Source of the DNA: Phoronis australis
Taxonomy: Eukaryota > Animalia > Phoronida
DNA length: 64,000 nt
Assembly (NCBI GenBank): GCA_002633005.1
Contig: NMRA01000305.1
Span: 429,110-493,109, forward strand
Direction: 5' to 3'
Part shown: positions 28,101-43,100 of the stretch, piece by piece
Numbering within the stretch: the stretch's first letter is position 1
Layout of the letters: each line of letters opens with the position of its first letter
The notes under the pieces: generated by a model
What the model was told of the DNA's origin: nothing
The model's input: the letters and a program-made list of their open reading frames with translations, nothing else
Database searches by the model: none
Position numbers and translations under genes: made by a program

Positions 28101-31100
28101 CTGGTGTTGACCTATACTTATCTCATCCACTGCCCACTGGTCAGTGTCAGGTCCTGAGTGGGCAGGCTGCCACCAACGGAGACGAGTCTGAGACGTCTTG
28201 GCTAGTGAAGGCAAGTCAATGTGGACAAACCTGTACAAATGACCACAACTGCAGTCAGATAATAATATCGAGGACACGGCAGACTTACAGTCAGAAGTCA
28301 CAAATTTAGGACAAAAATAATAACCAAAATTTCAGTTTTCTCATTTGTCAGCATCCTCCAATATTGTTGTGACTACCCAGAGGTTTTTAAAATGTTGCGC
28401 TATGGTAGATATAGTACAAAACTTGAATGATGTAACGCATTGATTTGATGCTATGTACTTTGTATGAAAAAAGAGCAAATAAAATTTCAGCTTTCGGCCA
28501 TATTGTGTCTTAAATTGGTGACATTTTACTACTAGACACTAACAGATGAAGAATAACACTCCGTCTGGTCCTAATGTGTCATCAACTCATTTCCACACAA
28601 CCTTAACATAAGGCTGTTTTCCGTAACACTGGCATCGTGTAACTTTGGCGAGTCTACGCAGAATATAGCCACGCATTACAGCAAAGAATGCAACCTCACT
28701 ATAACTTTTACTTCAAACTACTGTACGTACCCTATTCGATGTCATACTTTCAGCATGCTTTTATCATGTTTTAAGAAACAGTTCTGACAACACATCTTTC
28801 AAAATTTTTATTAAAAAAAATTAACTATTCACAATGCAGAAGATCTTCTTTGCCTTCATAAATCCAGTAGAGATTCATGTTTCAATTGCTGGTGAACAGT
28901 TACTGCCTGGACACTGTAAGCTCAGTGTGGCTCAGCGGCATGAGCTCAGGACTCCCTTTGGGAGGCCCGAGCTCAAATCCTGGTTTATTGGCAGACAATT
29001 GAGCATTGCGCAAGTGTCTCCTACTCCTCTCAGCTTGGTTTTACTAGTGAGTGTATGAATGTATGCAAGGGAGTGAATTAGAACCTAAATATAATGCGAA
29101 AGCGATTTCTGGAGCTGCGCTTAGTGTAAGCACAAATAACAACACTGAACGCTGTTTTATTTTGGTAAACAACTGAGATGTTTAAAACATACATTGGTTT
29201 TCGCAGCTCATCTGAGTAGAGTTCCTTCAGTAGATGCCAGGTGGTGCCACCATCATTTGAGTACTGCACCAACACATTTTCTGCTCTCTCATTAGCTCCT
29301 TGACATGACTCAGTGCTGCCCCCACCCACTCGAGCATAAAACTGGACATAGTCTGAGTATCTTGTATCAAGGTCCACAGTAACCAACTTCCTCACACCAA
29401 ACTAAGGAGAAAAAAGAAAATATGGCACAACACTTAAAAAGTCATAATTCGATTAATTAACAAGTACAAGGCATCTCATATTCAAAATCAAGACAATGAT
29501 TTTGCAACCTTTCTTCTTCTTTTAAACAGCTCTTCTCCTAACGGAATGTTGGACAACTGTCAGTCAATTAGTTTTGTAGGCAAAAACAAAACACCTGTTG
29601 AGGACATTTGATGAAACGACAAAACAGAGTTGGCACTGCACAAACACTGCCAAGTCTACGGCACTGGTTCCTTTGAATAAGTCAGACATCAAATCGAATT
29701 TCGACCACTCAAACCAATACCTTAGAAAAGTAGAGTGACTCCCCAGATAGTATTGTGCCACAACCTTGATCTCCACTGACCACTTGACCGCCATAAATGT
29801 CCAGCCAGTGATCATGTTGACGGGTCATCAGAGAGAAGTCAGCCTTGCCCGAGTTCTGTAACCGTTGTCTGCTACTGCAGGTGTCGCCACTGTACAACTC
29901 ATCACACCTGACAAAAGAGACACCTGGTGTCAATGACGTTTGACTACTTATGTTACGCCATGAAACAAAGAAGTAATGGTCAGGTGTAAATGTAAAGCAA
30001 CAAATATAGAGTTGGATTTTTAACAAACATTTATCATGAAATTCAACTACGAAAATACAATTTACCTAAGAGGGGGTCAATTCATTAGGGTATAAGTTGA
30101 ACGTGACCTAATTCCTTCATTGAACCAATCTAATTTGAAACATTTTTTCCTTGTTCACCTTAGCAGAAAGCCATTACGAGCAATCTTCAAAAAGCCAGAC
30201 GAGTGCACTTAGTAAAAAACCTAGAACTATACAGAATTCAGATTAAGCATGCGTTTTCTGAAAGCTAAGCAGTTATTGAGAATTTATGTTGGCTGTAATT
30301 TCATCAATACTTATCAAACCCCACCCCTGACTTCTCACCTGCACACACCATCATAACACCTGCCGTGCCCCTGGCAGAAATCAGGACACTGTTGACCCAC
30401 ATACAGGAAGGTCACAGCCCAGTTGTCCGTCAGGCTCCACCATGACTGACGAAGGCGGAACTTGGTCGACTCAGACCTGGCATATAGTGAACGAATACAT
30501 CGATCAGTGAAAAGAATTTATCATAAATATAATTATGACAACCCTATTAATCGCCAAACGACGGCTTTCAGTTGCCAAGAAATTCTCAAACCCCTTTATT
30601 TGTTTCTGGGGCTATCTAGTATATTACTCCCAGGGGGCTATGTGCGCGAAATACGATTTGTCTTTCACACGTTGTTGCCAACGTATAGTGTAGGCCTACT
30701 CCAGCGATTCAAGCGCGTGAACTCATGCGAGAGTACCACTTCAAAGCTGCACATCAAAAAAGAACAGCGACAGTCCTAAATGAAAGAGTATACCGGTTTG
30801 GCTCTGTTAAGCCCCGACTGCCAGTGGTTCATTTGAAAATGAACTCATAGATTCCCTGCGGTTATAAAAGACCCGATGCTTTACAACATTCCTCAATATA
30901 ACCCAGAACTGATAGTTTTCTATTCCGGTGTTTCCCGAGGTCGATCTTCCCTAAACCCAACCCTATATTCTATGCCCGTAGCCAGATATTACAACTAAAT
31001 GGGTACTAGATGCAAAATTGGGATCAGCGATTTTTTTATTCTTCTCTTCATACACCTCCCCCCAGCAACTTTTCGCTCCCCTGACCACCGTCGCCGTAAA

Positions 31101-34100
31101 ATGTTCAGACTCCTATAAACAATCTTGTTCTGGCTGAAGTGGGCAACTAAAAACAAAATTTTTCCGAGTGGTTAAAAAAAGTACAATGTAGGTGGTAATG
31201 TTATCCAGAGAGTCTACCCTACTAGTAAGATGGAGTTTGTCTCACAAAATCGTATTATTATAACGTTTCTTACCATTGCAGTCTTTTAATATCTTATTAC
31301 TGCAAACACTCAGGTTAACGACTATCATCATGCACAAGCCTACTCACTACCTTTTGAAGTGTTTCATGATAAGCACTCACTGATGTACTAAGCATTTCCC
31401 TTCAACGTTTGAGAATTTCCAATTAAATGCCCACAGTTCATGCTAGCGCCCATCATAGCGCACTACAAAGACCGCGCATGGTTAAAAATTGACACGCAGC
31501 CTAAGTGGTGTGTTTACACAAGAAATTCAGTTTTCAAAATACGTCTTTTCTCAATAATTATGAAAAACCAAATCCAGGCTTTGTTTTATACCTCTGAAAG
31601 AAAGTTAACACTACTGACATGCGTGTCGTTTTGTGACTGACCTATTTTTCCCAGTCATGTTTTGTAACTTATTGCTTTCAAGTCAACAATATGAATAATC
31701 TTAATTAGAGAAATAAGCTATGTTGGATTGTGAAGCTTCATGCCTCTAATTCTTGTTCCTTGCAACTTCATCATATTTTTTAAATCATGCTTGTCAAGTT
31801 CTGGTGTAAAGAAACACTATTCGGTCACCATGGTAATAGATACATGACTATTGTCCACTTTCATATCATGGAAACTTGTGCTGTTGAATAGTGTTTGTAA
31901 TGCTTAAATGTTGTAAAGTATTGTGCATTTTAAGTTACTTATTATCAAAAGGTTGAATCACTTTGGCTTGATGAATAAAAAAATATAACATTTTGTATTT
32001 GGACTTGTCATACTTATGTGCTCGAACGAGCCCCTTATTTGGATAAATGGAAAAAGGCCTCAGTCAGAGAAGCACGAACTCCGAAAAAAGTAGAAAACGA
32101 GACAAAAGTCCACTAGAAGACAGGAAGTACCAAAATTTAGAGTCTGCAATTCATAGCTCTGAACATACCCAGTGAATCTTATAGTAAAAGGTAGACATTC
32201 CCAAAAATTCCAGCCCCCCATTTTTTAGGCTTGGGGCGCTCATGCAAAGTCTGGGCAAATCTCTGTTGAAAGCCAACAACTTTGCACAGTTCACCAGAAG
32301 ACAAGCCCACAAGTTCTAAATAAACCTCGTTTGAGCGAGCGCTGTGACCAGGTATGCCTAAGCAGTGGCGGATTTAAGAGGGGGTGGGGGGGGGGGCAAG
32401 GGGACCATGGCCCCCCTAAAATTCTACCAGACACCTTTTGGCAGTTCGGGTGCGAATTGCTGACTAGCGCATGTGCGCAACCAAGGGGGCTCGGGTCCTG
32501 AACAAACCCGGTTTACCTTTTTTTTAGTCAACCCAAAAATTCGAGACCTCCTGCATCCCTCCACACGGGCATCTGCCGAAATTCTGGTGATTAATGTGCC
32601 CTGGCCCCAACCTACCTCAAAATCCTGGATCCGCCCCCGCTAAGGGTAGCCTTGGCGCAAAGCTGTATAGGCCTACTAACAAGCTGTATTTTGTTGATAG
32701 TCTTCACTGGTAGCTGGCACTGAGGCTAGCTAAGGGCTGCCACAGCAGTGTGACACAGGACTAACCAGCCCGTAATTTTATGCGAGTGTCTGAAACTACT
32801 TTGAATATATACAGCATTTGTGATTTGAACATTTGTACTTCGACAAAACAGCTTGCAACCGCATGCCTTTACCGTTTGCCAGTGTCGGGTCTCGATCCGC
32901 ACCGGGTCCGATAGGCTGCGGTCCCGAGTCTGGCAAAATTATTTCTGTCAAAATTTATATGCCACATTTCTTCAGAAAATTCGATGAAATTGTCCGTATT
33001 TTGACTTCATCAAAATTAAGGCACGCTGTCGATTATTTTATCCCCGTTTGCTGTCTGGTAACAGTACAGGTACTGCTCCAGTCGCACTGACGGCGTTTTC
33101 TTAGACTGGGTTCCTCAATGAATTGTACTTCTGTGTTCGCGGTAAGTTCAAAATGGCGGTGTGTTCTACAGGTTCGAATCGTGAGTGGCTTGTTTATTTA
33201 AGCTTTATTCGATTACGGATTGTGTATTAGTTATGGGGTAAGTACTTATTAGGTCCTTATANGTTATGGGGTAAGTACTTCTTGGGTCTTTATAACATCC
33301 TCTAACCATGTAGTAAGGGTTAACAACGTGGGAGACCAGGACTTTTACGACTTTGCTGACAGTCAGTAGCAGCTAGGTCAGACCTGGCAAAACCCGGGAA
33401 ACTTTTTCAACGGCATTTTCTCCCTTTTCACATTGCAAACTTAGCTACTCGAATGCACGTGTCAGTTAGAGAGCACTGATTCAACTTTCACATTGGCAAC
33501 TTGCTTTGTGCTCTAGAGCCTTTCAATGGCGGTCGTGAAGAACAATAACGCCGTAACTGCATGAACCAAGTCAATTTTGCGATTATGAAATTTGTTGAGT
33601 ATTTAATGCTGCAGGTAAGAGCATAATCTAAGCATTTTCTTGATGATGTAAAAAATCAATTTTGGCGTGTAAAAATGGCGGGAAAATTTTGCGACCTGGC
33701 ATTTATGAATGCGAGCTGGATTTTGAAAAAGCGACCTGGGATTTTAGCTAGGTCGCAAAATGCGACCTGGCAATTTTAATAGCGTCGAGCCCCGTTTTAC
33801 TGGGAAGAGACAAAATATGAACAGATGCACCCTTTTCAAGCAAGTTTCAGGGTCTCAATTTGTCCTCAATTACAAGGACTTGACAAGTGTTGGGAGAACT
33901 AATGTTTGAAATAACATCCGACGTCTTGAACATCTTATTAGTACTCACCAAGTGCTAGGAAGAAGGGGAAGTGTGACTCGCTTCCACTCGTTAAACTCTG
34001 TCGCGTCATAGACACTGCGCTCCATATAACTATCACAAGGGCCTGGTGGGACACAACCATCCTGCACTAAAGACCAAGTCATGCCATGATTGGTCGAGTA

Positions 34101-37100
34101 CTCCAGATATACCTGGTTGGTCACATGTTGAGAGAACACCTCCTCACAGCCCATCACCAACTCAAACTGGATCATGTATGACGGTCCCACATGGAGAGCC
34201 TCAGTTACAACGTAGCGCTGCTCAGCCTCTTGATAGCCTTTAGTGAACCTAGAGTGAAGAGGACTACTTTGTAACAAGTCACCTACAAATCTTTGAAATA
34301 TTCTGGGGCGCATTCTACAATACAAGACACTTGCAAGACACTTACTCTTGGATTATGAAGCAGTAAACAGTTAGTTACTCTTTCTTTGATAATTGAACAT
34401 CACAGCTTCACCGACCAATCATTTCGATGGCAGCCATTTTGATAGTGTACGTGAGTGAAGTCACAACATCCTCCCAAAACGCATTTGTCATTCACTCGCA
34501 TAATTTGTCATGATCTCGCCATATTTGCTTAACGAAGCACATCCTGGTATCCATTCTGACGGTCTCGTCAATTATCATGATAATTTTGAAAAAAAATCAT
34601 CCACCACGAGGATACAAACACAAACTCAAGACATATATTTTTTACCTGCAACCAGTATCCAATTAAACAACCTCTAACAATCCTCAAAACCTTTGACCTT
34701 GAGCACCATCCAATAAAAATGATCTTTAACTCCCACCAGCCCGTTAGCTCAAAGCAGAATCCAATAAGATGATCCTTATACTTACCCCAAGACCTTTGAC
34801 CTAGAACAGTACCCAATCAGACTGCCCAGATGGATATCGAGGCTGTGTGGAACTGTGGAATGGTGACTCATATCAATAGTCAAGGTGTTAAACATTTTAT
34901 CTGTCAACATGATGTCATCCAGTGCCCAGACGTCACGCTGGTACCCAGAATGCACCGGCTGCCACCAGCGGAACCTTGTACTGGCTGTCATGGCCGCCTC
35001 AGGAAGGTGGATGGCAGTAGATCTGTTAGTTGGAGTTCACAATCACAATAACAGCAAAATCACATGGATTTTGAACAATAGTGAAAAATGCCACTTTCTA
35101 GTTTTCCAAACAAAAATGAAAAAATGATTAACAAAGCTGTGACACCTATTTGAGAATTTAATTAATTCTGAAATTTGATCGTATCATTCACGTGATTGTT
35201 TCTGTATGAACACACTACCAGTCACTGCAAAAAAAATCAAGTAAGCCCAAATGCCACTTTTAGAAAATATATACCGTGGACTTTTTATAGTTTGAAGATA
35301 AAATACATTTGGGTTTGTGCCCATGTTAAGCTCCGCACCCTCAAATCAATTTTTAAACCGTTGAAATTCCATGAAAAACTATACACCTTTGATCTTAGGC
35401 TCCACACAATTTCCGAAAAATAATTAAATCTCTCAGAATACAAATAAATAAGTGATAGTTTCTAAGATAATTTCTACACCTTAAAATATTTCTAGACATT
35501 GATGTGCCCATGGCTAAATCTTTATTTAGCAATTGTGAAGGGGCAGCACAACAAATTTCTGTCTTAAGTCCTGAGTCACTTTTCATGAAAGAGATTCCTG
35601 ACCTTGTTGATGCTCAGCCCCCAAAGTTTAGTTTCATCGACAAGAATCGGAACGAATTTTATAAGTTACACAAATGGCAAAGAGTGACCCAGGCCTACTC
35701 TCCGTCATTCACCTATAACTTACCCAGGCTGCAGGTGGTCAGAAACTGTTAGATCTTTCAGCAGCCACCAAGTGACACCACCATCTGACGAGTACATCAA
35801 TAGTATGTGTCCACTGGTATGAGAGGGTGGCGGACAGGTACTGGTCACTGAGTTGCTACCTATACGCACACTGAACTGCAGGTACCTGGCAACAATAATC
35901 ACTATCATTACCATGCCATATCTTATCACTAATAAATACACTTTGTCTACAATAGGTGGCGCAACCAACTGCAATGGGTTCAACAGGATCAGTAAGTTTT
36001 TTTAATGATCTTTAGCAACACTTCGTGTGCCTTTATGGTTAAAATCTGATCAGTTTCTGACAACAAAATTGCGAATATTTTAAGTTTTCAAAGGCTATAC
36101 TTTCATTGTTGGGAAGGCTCAAAATTCTGCAAAATACTGTGGAACAAAGTATGTATTACAGAACTTCTAAGAATACTATTAACGAAAAAATAACATTTCA
36201 TTCGTCCGCCATACTATTTCCTAAATTGATGACATTTTGTTATAGTATCAATTTTACAGAAAATGAAAACTTTATGACTAGGCAGCAGAGCTTCAGATCG
36301 GCTTGATGTCATATTCTCATGAGGGTCAGCCCTCTCAGCGAGCGACCGCTTCGCTATCCCAGTTGCCCGCTGTCGCTCATGACAAAGCCGTCCTAACAAT
36401 AGCCCTATAGTGAGCAAGTCAACCACACAAATCGCTTGTGCAGTATTACGTAACCATTAACTAGGACTTGGACAGACACTAGAATAGAAGTTTCAGATAT
36501 AACTATTTATGCATGTGTTAAAAATTTTTGTGCTATATTGAAAATTATTGATCAAAATCGATTACCGTATTCGCCGTAATAGCCGCCCATGCCCCTATAA
36601 AGCGCCCCCCACGCGTTTTCACTTTGCTGAAATAAGCGCCCAGTCCATGAACGTGTACACGGTTACAATGACGTACCTACAGTCCTAAATTTAGGCTAAA
36701 ACTCGGCTACAGTAACGTCTTCAATTTATCAAAAAAGTTTTGCACGGGTCTTCTAGACCACCAGCGGCACTGCTACGTTTGTATTTAGCCGTGACTTTAC
36801 ACTTCAAAGTAACGCAGCGCTTCAAAAAGAACGCAACAGCATTGCTACTCTCTCGCGACGACCGTGTCCCACTCTATGGTCTGACCTTTCGGTAGACACA
36901 TCGACTGTCTCATGAATAAAAATAACTCGGTGTTAAACGCACGTGGCCAGGAAGCGCGCGCGCTACATACATGAACCTGTCATCAAAGACATTAGTCGGG
37001 AATTTTCCATTCATGAAACGGGTAGCATAGCATCGATAAGAAATGAATGTTGGCACTAATTTCCGACGATTTCTAATACTATAAAACATGTTTGCGTTAT

Positions 37101-40100
37101 TTTTGAGATGTATTGTTTGATTAACCATAATTGGTGTTTTTAAGCCGAACATCCGATAAAGTGACAACTGACAGTGAATGCTTACACACCCTTACACCGA
37201 AAAATAACTGTCAGATAGTTACGTACGCATCCAGCTACACGGCGACTAATATGGGCCTTACCGAGACAAATGTCGAAAGTTTTTAGCACGAGACCGGCAA
37301 GTGCTGAATGAAACACGCTCTGGTTTAGGCCTAGCTACTGCATGTGCAAATTTCTTTAGACACATCTAGCTAGTTAGATTGCGTGCCTCTGGCCAAAAGA
37401 CGGTCTCTGCTTTGACAAATGAACTCTGGTGATACGCACGCGCTCGCTTATTCGCAGACGAACTTCAAAACAAACGTCACGTGACAACAACATGTTTGTT
37501 CGTCCAGACATTTTTCTCGCCGTGTTGCCGATCAGACATGTAGATGCACAGATTTGTACTTAAACCTCCCGTTAATCCAGACTCCACGGGACCTTAAAAA
37601 ATCTTAGAGATGCTACTTATAAAACTTAATGAGGATTTCAGGTAATTTGCTTGAGTCAAAACCATTTTTATTCAAGCATTGAAATCGCCATATCGAATAC
37701 GGCGATTTCGAGGCAGTCAGTCGCCGAGTTTTCGCCCTGGAATTTCAGCACAATGTTCTGTAAAATGGTCGTAATTTAGCTGCAAAGTTTGATAGCAATG
37801 CACCACAGTTTTGTTGAAAGTCTTTCATAGATTACATATACGTCACAGAGCGTAAATTTTATGAATCTTAGCTTCCGATTTCACCCGTTTCGGAGACCGG
37901 GTTTCAACCGCCTTGGGTTATAATAAGCGCCCCCTCAGAACCGAACTTTTCTAAGCTCCCTGGGCGGTTATTACGGCGAATACGGTACATGCAGTCGTTG
38001 AACGGCGAAAATTAATGCCCAAGTTGCCGAGAAACAAACCTTGTCGTCACTCAGAGAAACGAAAAGTCCGAGAAAAGGAGACAGAAGTCCACTAAAAAAG
38101 ATGCATACGCACAGTTCTGATAGGTGGTACCCCGTTTTTTTAGTCCTCTCGATTTTTTTGTCCACATGGACAGAAATTCGAGCCCCCCATTTTCAAGGCT
38201 GGGCGCGCGCATGCTCGCGATTAATTAGTCTTCTAATGGGATCAGAGAATTGTACTATCTCAGTGCACAAATGTCCTACGTATTTTAAATCAAGAGTATC
38301 GACGGTGAATTTGACACCAGTTACTTATTTCTCGGGAGTTTTGAGACTGCTCAGACGATGCATCATGTGGCGTACGAACTTGGAATTCAAAAACACTATC
38401 AGAATAGGTGGCCTTTGAATAGTAAAAAACTTATGACTTTAAAAATACTGCTCTGTTTTGGCCCAAGCTATGATTATGGTATTCGTGAAACGTCCTTTTA
38501 CAACGAACATTTCAAATGTTTTAACTTCCAACAGCCATCATCTCTTACTCGGGATAAGCGGGCTTCATGCTATCAGAGGGAAATGAAGTGTAATATTTAT
38601 ACTTGGGCCAAAGTTCTTCGAAAACACTGCCAACTGAAATGGACATAGATATCTAAGCTTGGCCAACTAAAGGCTGAAAGTAGTGCTTTCCCTTGTGGTG
38701 TAGCTTGGTCTTTAGTAACAGGCAGAGGAATGCCTATTGTTACCCAAGCCTACAGTTTAAACATCTCCACAATAGCCCTTTATTATGAAAGTCAATGCAG
38801 GCACAATAGGGTAAGGTATACAAAATCAGATAAGAGATAATGATCCCCTATACCAGTTCTGAACCTGCTGACCGATATGCTAGTAAGAGGAGATCTCAGC
38901 TATAGTGCGACTAATTCCCACATCCAATAATCATCGCTCTTCATTTGAGGAGGAAGAAAATGCATTGTGAGATTGATCTAGTTTTCAAAACGTAGGGCTG
39001 CCAACCCCCTTCTGAGCTCAGTAGGACAAATGAAGAATGAGTCATGCACCAAGTACAACTTACTGTAAAGCACAGAATTATGGGTAAATACAGTAGAATC
39101 AGGGTGCTGATTAAGGATTCCATGAAGTGGTTATTATGCTGGGACACTATGAGCTTGAATGGTAAGTCTCGATTTTGTTTTGATTTTGAGCTCGTCTGAA
39201 GGAATGTTTCCTCTTACGAAACTAACACCTATGTGCATCTAGGATGAACCTAACAGGCCGTATTTTGAAACTCAAAATTTTTGTGCCTAAATTTGAATTT
39301 CTAGAGTTTGGGGCATGCTGCACCATTTTAAACAAACCTGCTGAGTGTGGTGTTAAGGTCACGAGTCTCCACTTGACGAAGGTTGCGTTGATTGAAGACA
39401 AGAGCTTTACCAGTGCTAACAACGCCGCAGTCATAGCTGTGAACAGCGCCATCTATCTTGAAACGGTCACGACTAATGGTGTTCAAGGAGGCAACATTCT
39501 CCATCAGATACAGCGGGTGAGGGAGAGCAGGAGAGGAACAGTCATCACCATGGTAACCAAGGTCACAGCTGAAACCAAGGGCAACAATAAGGTGACTAGC
39601 GCTTGAAATCAGATATGAAGACCTAGGTGTACAGAGCTTTATCTCGGTGGCAAGGCTAGTAAGTGGTGACCGCTGTGGTGCCAAGGCAGGTCCCACCATT
39701 TATGTGACTGTGTACTTAGCCCCATGCGCCTGTATCTGAAATTATGCATTTTTCCAAAAAATACTTTGCTCATTGAGACTAGTGTTTCGCATATAGGCGA
39801 ATGCGTCTATGCTTCACTTATAGGCGAAGACGACTGTGCCTTATATAAAATCATGTCTTAAAAATTCAGTGCGTTCAGTTCTGTACAACTTTGTTTTGCA
39901 CAAACTTTGAACTTCTCATTCAGATTGTAACTATAGTTGAATACACGTCAACACATATCATTGTATACAGGATAAGACAAGATTTACTCAGACACGTTAA
40001 AATTAAGTGGCTAGTATGTTTATGCACAACTGTTCTGCATAATTAGGTACACACTTTTTGCTATCAACGTTCAGTTGTTACTTAAAAGGATACCGGACCC

Positions 40101-43100
40101 TGTTTTGACCTATTAACAGATATTAAAAACGACTTATCTATCCAATTCTCTGAAATAAAATAATACTCTGTAACCCCCCGACAACCCTAAGAAGTTTGGA
40201 GGACATTTGAAAATTCTTTTCAAAGTCTACTAAACCGGCAAGCGTGACCTACGATTTTAGCGAATTACACGGCTAATGTGTGACAGGCTTAAGTGTGACA
40301 GGCTTAAGTGTGACAGGCTTAAGTGTGACAGGCTTAAGTGTGACAGGCTTAAGTGTGACAGGCTTAAGTGTGACAGGCTTAAGTGTGCAGCAATATTATT
40401 TGTGTTGCAAAATTTAACGGCAAAAACGAAAACATTTTTTGTATGAATAAAGTCAGAATAATGACAAAAGGAGACGAGAAAGAGGGAACTGGAAATCAAA
40501 TCTTAAGAGGAAATTGAAACCAAAGAAGAGGAAATCTCTCAAAGGAGGATAACTAAAAGCTCTGCATAATTAACAAAATTGGATAATATTGAATAACAGG
40601 ATAACATTAGATCAGCCCCACTTTCAGTTTCAATCATTGCTTAAAAATAGACTCATTCTAGAAGAATATACAAGATGTCTAGACAAAAAATATTTAATCA
40701 CAGCTCTTGGACAATTTAGATGTTCAAATCAGAAAATAAAAATCGAAACTGGCAGACACTTTAGAAATAGCTAGAGATGAGCATTTCGGCTGTTTGTTTT
40801 GACACTGTTGAGGATGGAAAACACGTTTTATTAGAGTGTAACATTTACAGTATAATGAAGATCTTAGGAGAAAGTATGGTATTGAAGAAATTAACTTCGA
40901 CGGTGATTCCTTCATTTATTTGATGAAGTCTTGCAACGTTTGGAACTTACCTAATTTCATTCGAAGTTTTTATTGTGCATATTAGTTAATTTAATAGCTT
41001 GTATTATGATAACTACTTTCAATCATTAAGAATACGCTGACCTAATTTTGTTTTTTGTTACTTTCATAATTGTATATGGGCGGCAGCCTAAGTACTGAGA
41101 AAAAATACATAAATTGGACAATTAAATAAATGTACTTTTTGTTTCGGTATCTTAAACTTTTACACTTTCATGATATTCAGTTTACTATTAGAGGGTATCG
41201 TATTTAGCCAAAACACTTTTAAAACATGCAAGGGCTGTAAATTTAAACGACAGACACATGTAAAGTATCAAAAAATTTGTAATTTGTAAGTAACCGGAAA
41301 TACCAATACATATTTTATGTCGCACAATAGCAACCGAATTCGACACAACAACAGGCGATTTCCATAACAGCAAAACACTATCCGGTTGACATTTAGGACA
41401 AGCATTGGTGAGTCATTGCTGCATGTATTTAAATATCCACGCACTGTATTGGCTGTACTGACATTGCAGTGTCGTCTGCTTGCCAAGACAAGAGTTGGTG
41501 AATCATTGCTATACCCATGCAAGCAACTGGCTGCAAAGACAAACAAAGCTATGCCAGTGTCGCCTGCTTTTCCACCCGATTCCTGAGAGGTTGACAACAA
41601 AGCAAAGCTTTCAACAAGTAAGTAAAACACTAAGTACTGAGCAGAAGTGCTCTTAAACCTGCTTTCCATCGACAAATTTTGATTGATGCCATTTGCTGTA
41701 AAAATACACATCAACCTGTTATTAGTCCAAAATAAGCGAGATTTTTTCGTAAACGTCATTTTCAGAGTTCACCAAGCCCCTTGTAGCTTACTTACCATTA
41801 TTAACTTAACCATTACATACCACTCCCCTAGACTGTTAAAACCAAGAAATGTCTATCTGACGATCTGATCTACTATCACGTTTGATTAAACTTGACCAAC
41901 AAGCCTATAGTTGTGTTGGCACACAATGCTGTGGTAGTAACTGGGTCAAGAGGTTACCGTCAAACTAAGGAACACTAAGAAATCAGCAGGTGAAAGTTAA
42001 GTCTAATTTCTCTGTAAGTCAACCCCTTTTATCTGTTCGAAGTTTTTTTGGTGATATTATTTCATACAAAACACATCTTCGCAATATTTCTTGAACCTAG
42101 TTTGGAAATATTTTTTAAATATCAGTTAGCGTCAGGTGCGCGGTTTACAACGTAATTGTTGGATTACGTGAGATTATCAGATAAATGCAGACAATGAGAT
42201 AGCTGAACTATTTAAACATTCGTTGCCAACTTTCTCCCCTTGCTATCGCCGTCAAACTCATAACGACACGATTCTATCCAGACTAGCCGATCAGTGAAAT
42301 TGGGATAGTCATCCCACAACACGAGTGTGTAACGATGGGGGATAAAAGCATTGTTCGAATAAAACACGTCCCCAGTATAACACAACCTGGATTTTGTGTT
42401 TTGAAGTTGACGGTCTTTCCCCACAGTTGTCATTTAACTCAGTGACACCTAAAGCCTTGGTCACACTTGGCCATTTAGCCGCCTTTATAAGGAATTTTCA
42501 AACTTTGACATTTGACGTTAACATATTAGCTTTAAATGAGCAAACCATAGTTGGCAGATGTTCATAGGCCAAATCCAGGTTTGTTATCATTTCACACTTT
42601 GGGCTTGGAGGGGGGGCATAACTAATACGCATAGTGGCTCTAAGACTTTTGGGGACAGTTGTAAGTCCCAGGTGTCGTTCACACACAGTAGGTCTTGTGA
42701 AATTGACATGCAAGCTCAGTAAATGGAGTTACTTGTGGACCCTGGCCTTAGTCATACAACTGTCCCAGTTGGACTGTGTAACTAAACACAGCTTAACAAA
42801 AGGATTAGAGTACTGGCTGATAAGATCATTGTTTTATTACCCCCAATGAATTCTGAGTAGCCCAGCCCAGAATGAAGTAATACTTTTGGAGACATTTGGG
42901 ATCATGGTATCCTGGAATTCCAAGAGGAGAAATTACATCCTTGTAGTGGGATGAGAGTTATCAAGGGTGAATCCCATTTACTATTATCCCATTTGCACAT
43001 GGACCTTCGATGCAAACTTGTCATAACAATTGCTGCAATAGACGTACCACTAGTTTTGATCGGTTCATCAGTTCACAAGATGTAAATGTCATAACTGATA

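Noticed and set aside
30540-33800. Possible large composite transposon in the 3.5-kb intron 18
   Set aside because: GC-rich patches and GCGACCTGG subrepeats near 33690-33790 suggest TE ends, but I could not pair termini or a TSD
41268-41759. 163-aa minus ORF / possible piggyBac C-terminal remnant on plus strand ([12 protein letters not shown])
   Set aside because: No recognisable domain or TIR/TTAA boundary visible; too degenerate to call without a search
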